The notes under the pieces are model-generated. The model was given only the letters and a program-made list of their open reading frames with translations. It was not told the DNA's origin and searched no databases. A program made the translations under genes and the position numbers. Below, one piece after another: positions 11,187 to 21,129 of a stretch of DNA of 64,000 nucleotides. The stretch is from Azolla caroliniana (lineage: Eukaryota > Plantae > Polypodiophyta): positions 558,001 through 622,000 of the forward strand of contig JBHGNT010000013.1 in NCBI GenBank assembly GCA_043228905.1. Direction: 5' to 3'. Each line of letters opens with the position of its first letter. Within the stretch, counting starts at the first letter, position 1.

Positions 11187-13569
11187 ATGGACCCGCAAAT
11201 GTTGTCGGAAGCCGCCAAGACATGGCTGAAGCAACACGGGCTCGAGGGCTTCCTGATGATGATGGAAGTACCGCCACACAAAGAAGCCGACAAAGTGATC
11301 AAGGAAATCGATACAGAGGTCATAACGGCAGAGGCGATTCGAGCATTAACAGGCCTTCCGGAGGGAGGCATACTCACGATCGACAATCCAACCCCGGAGC
11401 AACTCATCAGGTATTTTGGTGAGTACTCTCTAGCCAGCAAGGGCTACCGGACACAGGGCGGCGGAGATATGTTGTTCCGCGAAATTGCTCGTGTGCTCCA
11501 TGAATACGGCCACGTGTACCCTAGACCCCCTATCATACCGCAGAACCGGGCAGGGATGATCATCGCCACCTATGAAGGGATCAAGGTGGATTGGCCGGTA
11601 TTGATTGCAGACGGGTTGTGTGCGGCGATCGAGATCGTCAGAGGCAAAGACGGCAAAGAAGGCCGAGACGGACAGAGGATATGGCACGCCGTAACGCAGT
11701 GGCTCACCTTGCTGGTGCCACCCGTACAGACCGTCCAGCCCAAGAAGCGAGGAAGAGTGCCGGACGACACCCCAAGGACGGCTTCCAAACGGCAACAGTT
11801 GTTGGCCTCTAAGGCCAGTAAGGGAAAGGCGGTGGATGCAGAACAGGCGGCAGCAGGAAGCGCCCAACGGAGGCGCAGGAGGAACCACCGGCACGGCCCG
11901 TAAAGGTCACACTCCGCCGGCCGGTGAATCGAGAAGTGGACCCCTTGGCAGCAAAACTCAATGCCGAAGCTCAGGAGGAGGAAATAGAGGAGGAGCCTAC
12001 GGAGCACCTCCAGCGACGGTCGTCGGCAAGGAATGTTGAGACAGCCGGGAAACGTTCGGACCCTCAGACGGAGGGAACACCGGCTCCCCAAACTGAGACT
12101 CCCACGCCAAGGAAGGAACCGAAACCGGTGCAGATGGCACCGGAAATAGAAGCCCCGGCACCACCGGCAACACCGGCAAGTCCCATCCTGCCAGAGCCGG
12201 AAAGGTCACTGCAACCTCCCTCGGTCAGCCAAGAAGAAGCGCAAGGGGAACCAGGACAACAGGACGGTCCACGGGCAGAAACGGAACTGCAACTCGGCGC
12301 AACCAGGCGGGACCACCCCTCTACAAGTGAGCCCATCTATCAAACCTCCGTGCAAGCACAACAAGGCACCGGTAGCCTGTGGCTCCGGTGGATAGGCGAA
12401 CAGATAGCTGGAGCAGTGGGGTATATAGAGGCGGAAGAAAGAGCGCAAAGCAAACGGTTGCTCGTCACAACCGAACAACTAGAGACGGCCCGGTTCAGAA
12501 TCCGGTGCCTTGAAAAAGATTTGGATCAGGTCACGACAGAGATGGCCAAAATACGGATCCAATCACCGGTGACTCCGGTAAGTGTACAGAATAATGAAAC
12601 GGAATGACTTGTACATAGCAATAAGACCCCGGCAACGAAAACCGTTCCGGTGAGAGATGCGGCGCAAGCTCGGGAGCTTGCGGAATTGAGAGAGGAACTT
12701 GTCGCACAAGAAGCGCTAAGGAGCCGTGAACGAGAATTGAAGACGGCGGCCGAAGCCGAATTAAAGAAGACTGTTGAGAACCTCTGCCGGGCAGAGGAGA
12801 GCCTCCGGAAAGGCCATCAAGCGTACGACCGGCTAAAGGAGGAGAAAGACAAAGTGCTGCAGGAAAAGGACAAGCTGCGGAAAACGGCGGAAACAGAGAT
12901 TGAACGGCTAAAGGAAGAGCTCCGCCAGCAGAAGGACCGCGAGGACCGGGCCCGTCATCAGATCAACGCACGGCTCAAGCAAAAGACGGATGATTTTGAG
13001 CACCTGCACCGGGACTACAAACGGCTGGAAACAGAGCATAAAGAACGGATGGTCGAGCTCCAGCATGCAGTTGATCGGGCCTAAACCGGCGGAAGGAAGG
13101 AGATGACTGTTATGCGTTGACTTCCGAGGACTTCACCGCCATACGGGACGAGCTGGCCGACGACTTCCAAGTCCTGGCAGATGAACAGCTGGCGCATGTC
13201 AGGCAGCTCGTAGCTCAATTGGACGATGATAGGCGGGACACTCAAATCCAGTTTGAAAGCTACGAGCGGTCCCGGGTACGGGAAGAAAAAGCACGGGAAG
13301 CGACAACGGTTAACCTTAGTGATGAGGAACCGTCGTCGGCTGAGGGCCAGCCAGGAACCAGTCAACCGGAGACCACCACGACGTAGGGAGCAATGATGGA
13401 GACGCCGGTGTCAGAGCCACAAACGGAGGAGCAGCCGCAACAACCACCAACGGACCCGCCGCAGCAGACAGCAACAGAGCAGCAACAACAACAACAACAA
13501 CAACCACTTCCAGATGAACCATTGGAGCCTCTCGAACAGAGCATTCTGGACATTTTGGACGAAGAATAG
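11187..13569 (+). pseudogene. gypsy additional 3' ORF (env-position), about 790 aa ancestral, disrupted
   Basis: ORF pieces 11187-11903, 11924-12607, 12650-13084, 13117-13386 and read-through to TAG 13569 join via two frameshifts (near 11860 and 13080) and two stops (TGA 12605, TAG 13384). Globular N-terminus, Pro/Glu-rich linker, long coiled coil, Gln-rich tail. Confidence 0.8.
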
Positions 13570-13623
13570 CAAGGGTCAGTTGTGGATTCGACGTACAAGG
13601 TACTGTCCCACGGGCGTGCCATG

Positions 13624-13991
13624 TGTTACCGGCCGGCAAAGGAGTCTAGAGTGGGAAACGGAGAGCTAATTAAGTAGTAGGAATGTGGGTGTAATTAAGC
13701 TATGAGTGTGGACGGACGGACCAGAATCGGTATGCCGTTCCGGATCCGGACCGATCCCGAACAAGTGCGGATGGCACCGTTTTGTAATACAGACCGGAAA
13801 CCTATTTAAAGGCCCGGATACAATGTAATATTTAGCGGTTAATTAATGAAAGCTTAAGCGTTGTTATATCTCTATGTTAATTGCCGTTCTATCTTAATTG
13901 TTATATCTTACGCGTGTTATGAAATACGATCCTAATAAGTAACTTAACTAAGTCGGATTAAGCGTTGAAGTCTAATCCGGTTGCCGTAACA
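13624..13991 (+). repeat. Probable 3' LTR of the gypsy element (368 bp)
   Basis: Inverted termini TGTTAC...GTAACA, TATA-like CCTATTTAAA at 13801, and an abrupt change in sequence character after 13991. The partner LTR is outside the window. Confidence 0.7.
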
Positions 13992-15399
13992 CCCTTTGGT
14001 GAAGTGTCTCACGTAGACACCCTGTGTTAGGCCATTGTCCGGCCCGAAGAGTTAACATGTGTGTGTGTGTGTTCTTCCTATACTCCCCTGGCAAGGAGTT
14101 CTCGACCATGCTATTAGTACGTGCAATTTAAGTTCTTTCGGGTAAGAGGTGCGATGCATGCATATGTCGAGACTCCTTCTGATTCTCAAATATGCGTAAG
14201 GTAGATTCATTCCAACTTTGTTGCATGTCGTTGTCGTTTCCAACTTTCAATCGTAAAGAACTCAAGCATCTAGACTTTCTCGAAACCTTAATAAACTAGT
14301 AACGCTCACAATATGAGGTTCAAAAATTGGAAAATATATGCGTGAACCAGATGAAGCAAAAGAGATTTTACATGTCATGAAATCTTGAGACCCAAGCATT
14401 GATGGGTTAGGATAGTCCACGTGATGGCAAAAGGACCATCGCTAAAGCTTCATGCTCAAGCCACAATAGGACCCATGCTTACGAAGAAAAGGCTAGTGGC
14501 CAACTCATCACATGCCATTATATAGGAAGGTTTGAATCTAAAGATTATTTCAAAATAAGGAATGAGAGAAAATAAAATTGAATTACAAATCTCTAACACG
14601 AGAAAAGCTGACAAAAATGAATCTCATTAGGGTCCATTGTCAAAAATTACAATGAGTTTCACAACAGAAACCAGTAATGGCCGATATATTACTCTTAAAG
14701 ATCTAACGATTGACGTAAGAACATGGTTAATAGAGAATGGAAAGAGATAGGAAGTGATGGAAAACAAATGAGCTTGGTGCCAATAACACGATCTAGGGAT
14801 AACACAGATTAGGGTGGCACGTCCTATCATATGATGAGTTATGCTCAGGAAAAGAAGGGCAAGAAACCACGAATAGGAACGTAGTATTGAAATATATGTA
14901 AAGTGAGTTTAATGGATTGAATGGTCAAGTGGATAGTTATGGCGGAGCATGGTGGAATTAGAATGAATAGGATAAGTGACCATTAGGTTTGGGCAAACTA
15001 TCCATGTTCACCGTGTAAGTACGTAGGTTATGGATAAAGGAAAGGTAGATGTCAACGGTCCTTGTTATGACAACTCCTTTGCGCGTGCCATTTTTTGCCA
15101 CAAACCGAAGGATGTGCATGTTTTGTTGGGGATGGATGGCATGATGTGGCATGCACAATGGAGAAGATCCTAAAACATATGCCATATTATAGGTTTACGG
15201 TTGAAAGATCTGTTGTATTAGAGGTGCCAATTAATCAAGCAAGTGCTTTCAACAACTCGTCTCCTTGGGGTTCTTGCGGAGAACAAGGTAAGGTGGCCAA
15301 AGGGGTGGAATGAAGTTTCAAGATGATGAGGTCGTTGGCTCTTGCGAAAGCGATTTCTCTCTAGCGTTGATATGATTGAAGTGGTAAACCAAAATTGAA

Positions 15400-15870
15400 C
15401 TTGCCAATGACACAACTATGTATGACATAGTTTCAAGCAAGTTGGATTTCCAACATCTAGCTTCATTTGTAATCTTTGATCACGTCAACGATGTTGCATT
15501 TTGTTTGGACCTACCTTCACATATGAATCTTCATCCAATATTCCACGTTTTATTATTAGAGCCATGGACATCAAGTTCTATCCCAATTTGTGTTGTTCCA
15601 CCACCACCTCTGGTTCAACTTGTTGAAGGACAAGAGTATGAGGTATACACTATTTTGGACTCCAAGACAATCCACAACAAAGTTACATTAGCTTGTAAAT
15701 TGACTCGGATACACGCCCTAGCAATCGTATGTGGGAACCTACAGAAAATGTTGTTGATACCCTTGAACTTCTATAGGAGTTTCATATTCGCTACCCCAAT
15801 AAACCAAGTCCTTGTTCATGCATTGTGATTCATGGGACTCGATGTCAAAGGAGGTGATGATGTCATAATA
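15400..15870 (+). mobile_element. Degenerate chromovirus (Tcn1-like gypsy) integrase C-terminus plus chromodomain
   Basis: LDLPSHMNLHPIFHVLLLEP...PPPPLV...EYEVYTILDSK. PPT AAAGGAGGTGATGA 15847-15860, then TGTCA (LTR start). Confidence 0.8.
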
Positions 15871-17158
15871 TGTTTATGTCAATATTCGAACCTATAACTT
15901 GCAAACAAATACTCTAATAAAGGAAAAGTTGAAAGTGGATCAAACCAATGAATGAAGTTGGCTCAAATGGTAGCATATGATGGTTGGTAAAATACGGTAC
16001 GAGGTTTGAATCTCCGTAGAGATTGTCGAACGAGAAAGGTGATCTATAGTGCACAAAATCTCTGAAAGGAGGCACGTGCTAAAAATATATTGGAAGGGTG
16101 ATCTATAATTCACAAAATATGGAGATGAGGTACATGGTAAAAAGAGAGAGGCAATTATAGAGGTCGAGGTTACTACAATTTCTCATGGGGAAACCAAATC
16201 AAGAGGTTATGTAGGAGGGTTATGACGACAAAATGTGATGTGGCCATGAATCATAGACTCGCTACATCAACGCTCAAGGATCTCCTCCAAATACATAATC
16301 GTTTTCATAATTTCTCATCCTCTTATTCATCCATATCCTATTCTACTCATTCACGTAATTGGGTTGAGGATTTGACCCTTTGCTTGTATCAAGTTGCAAG
16401 CTTCATAGGTCAATCGTAAACTATCATAATCTTCTTGTAACGAGTTATGTAAATTTGGAATAGATTTCCATTAGGTCTAATGTGATTTGTGGTTGAACGA
16501 GGATTCTCACAAATATTCCAGATTGAGATTTGGATCATCAAGCGTTGCACTTTGTGTAAACTACTAGAGGTTGTGTTTGAGTCCATACATCCAAGAGTTT
16601 GTTGTGCAAGTGCGTAGGAAATTTCATGGAAACGAAGAAGATTTTTTTGGGTCATCAATTGTAGCTTTTTTTGGTTCAAGCCCGTGCCCTTCTCTCAACA
16701 CGCTTCATTCAATTACCCTACTTCCATCACATTTTCCTGAAATACCATTTTCTCGACACACTCTCCCGAAATACCCTTCTACGTCACACTTTCACAAAAA
16801 CACTCATATCCCATCACACGTTCTAGACATGCGCTTCTTCCATCGCGCATTCTCGAAATATCCCCGAGCTCTCTAACATAGACGGGCTAACCAAAATGGT
16901 GTACGATTGTTTGTTGTGATGGACTTTCCTTTCGGTAAGTTAGCTCGTGATGGGCATCAAGAAAGATGTCCACTACTACTACATGGAAGAGGAGGAGAAG
17001 AAGGCATACCAAGTGCAAATGTACATTCAAAGGGTGCATGCATAGGAATGCATCCCAATTTGTGGAAGATTAATCAATGACCACACCATTTCAGGATGGT
17101 ATATGCACTCTCTCTTTCCATCCAACAAATGATTGTGAGTCTCTAGATGATAGGTTGG

Positions 17159-17198
17159 AAACCCTAAACACTAAACCCTAAACCCTAAACCCTAAACC
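17159..17198. repeat. Interstitial plant telomere repeat (AAACCCT)5 plus AAACC
   Basis: AAACCCT AAACACT AAACCCT AAACCCT AAACCCT AAACC. Confidence 0.9.
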
Positions 17199-19845
17199 TT
17201 CTTGGAAAGCAATTCAACGCATGTCAGAAAGAAGGTCAAGATTGGAAGAGGAGGTTTGTGGTGCTAGGGTCGGAATATGAATCCTTGGAAGGAAAGTCGC
17301 CATCGCTTTCTTACCAGTTATGTTAGAAGGCTCAAAGAATGAAGCTGCAGACTGGCAGAGTAAAATATGATGATTTGTTGTCTTTACAAAAAGCAAATGA
17401 GGATCGTTTTTTTATTATTTTATTTCTCAAAGAAAGAAGCTGCAGACTGGCAGAGTAAAATATGATGATTTGTTGTCTTTACGAAAAGCAGATGAAGATC
17501 GTATACTTAAGGAGAATGCTACATTAAAACATACATGCATAACCACCAACACGCGTGCAACATTTGACGCTGCTAAGGAAGAAGCAGTTGATTGGAGGAG
17601 AAAACATGATGCAGCTTTGAATGAATCAAAGCAATTCATGTCTCCTGTGCAAGAGTTTGCTAGAATGCAATGCCAAGAGAAAGGGGATGCAATAAGAGCT
17701 GATTTCAGCTCAGCTATGGCATTAAAGGTATGTGTGCGGTGCTGAAGAATCATGGTATGATTCCACTTGTTTGAATATATTCCGTGTTGCTTGTCATCTT
17801 CAGGAGAAAGAGCTAAATAGTGCTTATGCTAAAGTGGAAAAGCTGGAACAGATTTGAACCCGCATTTTCATGTGAGTTTTTCTTCTTGCTATTCGACACA
17901 ATTTTTGCAACATGGCACAGTTTTGTATGGTTTAGGGTTTCCAGTGGCTACGGCAGATATATGTAAACCAATACAGATATTGATATGAAGGAAATGCCTG
18001 TCAGCAAAGTAAAATGGTAAAAATGAAGTCATTCTGTGGTATTGAGTACAAATAAATCCATCATTTAGCGTACATTTGAAAACTACCTTTTAAAATTTTA
18101 CGTAGAAAGGCAACTCTTAAATCTTGAGAGTATGGTCAAAGTGTATCCAATATCTTCTTGATAGCTAGCAGAGCCATGCCACCAGTGTTTTCAACATTCT
18201 TTCTTTCTCCCAAAGCTAATATTTTCTGAATTGCAGGAGGAATTTGGTGCACATGAACCATGGAGACATTGTCAACAGCTACAGGCTCTGGGAAAACTTC
18301 TCTGTTAACTGCACAGAAAGACCTCACATATGAAAAATTGCATAATGATGAGATCCAAAAACAAATATGTAATAATGAGAAAAATCATCACGATGTGTAA
18401 AGCTGAAAAAGCTACAAGAGTTATGAGGAAAATTGTAGGAAAGCTGAAAGGGAAGCGAAACATCCATCAGAAGTTGCAGACAGAGCTCGTGAAAGTGCTG
18501 CAAAAGTAGAGAAAGAGAAATTAGAGCTCGAGAGAGTTTCTGCTGAAAGGCTTGCTTCCATCCACAGGCTGAAAGAGCACATTGAAGAGCTGGCAAAGGA
18601 AAAGGGAACGACTTCATGTCATTCGGATAAATTGAGGTCTTGTGAGCAAGAGGTAGTGGTGATGTCCTCATTAAATGAAATGAGGCTAGAAGGGAGACAA
18701 ATGGAGATAAATGAGCATTTTGGGTCAGTTCATGAGCAGAAAACAAGTCCACTTGAGGTGCTGAAAACCCTCTTAGATAAAGAGAGGCAATCATGTGCAA
18801 AAGCAAATAGCCGTGCGGAGGCTTTGTCGGGGGAATTAACTGAGTATGGAAAGGAAACTTGGCATGCTGGAGAAGGAATCGGCATCAGTGAAGCTAAATG
18901 AGAGAGTCCTTGAGGCAAAACTGAAACATGTGTTGTAGGAAAATGCTATGACAGAGCTTCCAAACAATAAGAGATATCGTGGAGATGTGGACTAGGAAAG
19001 AGCATTCATGATTATACTCATATGGCATATTATCCCGATGGCAAGCTTTTCACACATGTGGATCATACTCACAAGGTATATCCTGGTCATACTCATGAAC
19101 CATATCCAGATCATAATCAGTTGAATCCTGATCACATTTGTACTGCATGTCCTGATGTTAATGGGATACTCATGACGCATGTCTTGATCATACTCGCCAC
19201 ATGTGCTGATGTTAATGAGATGAATCTTTATCATACTCATGAGGCATGTCTTGATCGTACTCGGATGAATCCTGGTCAAACTCATAAGGCATTTACACAT
19301 CATATGCAGATGAGTCGTGTTCAAATGTGTACGCCAGATCCTGATGAGGAGCTTTTTACTGTACACGATCATGCTCATATGATACATCGTGATGAATTGC
19401 AGGAGCATCTGAAGTACACCATTGACCGCAACAGGCTATGTACAAGAGTTGTCGCAGTTGAGAAACCCTTCAAAGAAAGACATATTCGATTTGTATGAGA
19501 AGCTTATGCTGAAGAAATAGCCAGAGCGCATATATTCATGTCTAGGCTGCCTAAAAATGGCTTTAACACGGATATGTATTTTTCCATAACATGTTTTGGG
19601 TCCAACCTAGGCTTAAATACTGTGGGCAGCAAGATAAATACTATTAAAAGGGAACACATTCACAATTTCTACCAAGAAGCTCAAACCTTAAGATGTAGGG
19701 ATTTGTACATTTTCTCTCAGTGTTTTTTTTTTCTTGAATATCTGTCTAATTTCCGACATGCTGCAAAGCTCATTGGATGAGGCGAGTATTGCTTGGCTAT
19801 TGCACATCATACCATAGAAGTTCTAACTGCTTGCTTATTCACATG
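17198..19845 (+). pseudogene. 5'-truncated, frameshifted paralogue of the GBP-like gene (3' coiled-coil exons, His-rich region, 3' UTR)
   Basis: Colinear high similarity to 27726-29285 (for example GSVHEQKTSPLEVLKTLLDKERQSCAKANS, and the 3' UTR). Multiple stops and frameshifts. No GTPase exons. Confidence 0.92.
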
Positions 19846-20151
19846 GGTGTTTTGATGCTACAAAGTTGGTTGGAAGGCAAAATCTATTTCACACATGTAT
19901 TCTCACTTGCTAAATAGACGCCATTACAATGATAAAAGATAATAGTAGAACAGAAAAGTGTATCACAAACAAGTAGAACAAGAACTCAAATTACATGAAT
20001 ATAGTCATTGAATCAAAATAGTAGAATAGAAAAGGAAGTGTATCACAAACAAGAAGAACAAGGAACTCAAACTTTATATGACATTTTCTAGTCCTTTGCA
20101 TGCTTGCCACTTGACTATCACGCATAACTACAACACAAGTGCGATAATAAC

Positions 20152-20467
20152 TAGGGAAAAGTACCAGGATACCCTTGGAAGTTCGTCTATTTACCAGAAT
20201 GCCCCTGGAAGTTCCAAATTTACCAAACTACCCTTATGTCCAAAAAAGTACACTTTATAAAGTATTATACACTCAAATCTACTAGCCCTATTTACCAAAG
20301 ATGGAAGAAATGGAGCTAAACTAGCCCTATTTACCAAAGATTTGAGTGTATAATTACTTTATAAAGTGTAATTTTTTGGACATAGGGGTAGTTTGGTAAA
20401 TTTGGAACTTCTAGGGGCATTCTGGTAAATAGACGAACTTCCAAGGGTATCGTGGTACTTTTCCCTA
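20152..20467. mobile_element. Foldback MITE with ~129-bp terminal inverted repeats
   Basis: 20152-20280 is the near-perfect reverse complement of 20338-20467 (TAGGGAAAAGTACC...GGTACTTTTCCCTA). Flanking direct repeat ATAATAAC at 20144-20151 and 20468-20475. Confidence 0.9.
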
Positions 20468-21129
20468 ATAATAACTATAACACCCAACTTTAGCACTAAA
20501 AAAGTTGGGATGCGGCATTTTGGGATCCAAACAAGTTTTAAAGGGTTCATAAAACTTATGGGGAATCCAAACAGGGATGGGATGAGCAAGCAATTATTTA
20601 CTAGACACAAAAGGATTGTTTCAAGAAAGAAAGGACTTTATGTTTGATGTTTATACGAAATGGAATAAGATACTACTACAGTTAAAGCCAACTAATCATA
20701 TGTTATTGCTCGTCCTTCTCCCATTCCCTATACATATCTCAAATATCTACACGAAGCTCAAGTTAATAATTCGTTGGCTACTGCTTTAGAGGCAACGTGG
20801 CGCATCACGAAACGATGCTTTTTAGCTCGATCAAAAAGCAAAAAGCAAAAAGCAAGAAGCTAAAGGTGCTTTCATGTAACATTTGCCTTCACAAAGCTAA
20901 ATACTTGCATTGTGTGTAATGCTAAAGAAAAACTTAACTAAAATAAAATTCACAATAATCAAGTGTTTCAGGTCTAAGGTCCTTCAAAAATTCAAAAATT
21001 CAAAAGCTTTTCTCTTTTCCCTCCATCTCCATCTGTGTCTGTGTCTGTGTCTGTGCAGGTGTCTGTGTGGCTTCTTCCACCACAATTACGATCTTGACAC
21101 AGAGGAACAGACGGATTAAATCACACACT

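Larger units (their letters stand above)
2990..13991 (+). mobile_element. Ty3/gypsy non-chromovirus (Athila/Tat-like) retrotransposon, 3' part, with extra 3' ORF; interrupted by copia-2
   Basis: RT (SFLDGFSGYNQI, MFGLKTAPATFQR, FLDD), RNase H (VDTSDIAIG, NYSTTERE, DHSAL), integrase (HHCC, WGLDFVGP, ISDQGGHF, QANGLAES), GPY/F tail (RWTGPYWI) and no chromodomain, followed by a second ORF and an LTR. Confidence 0.9.
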
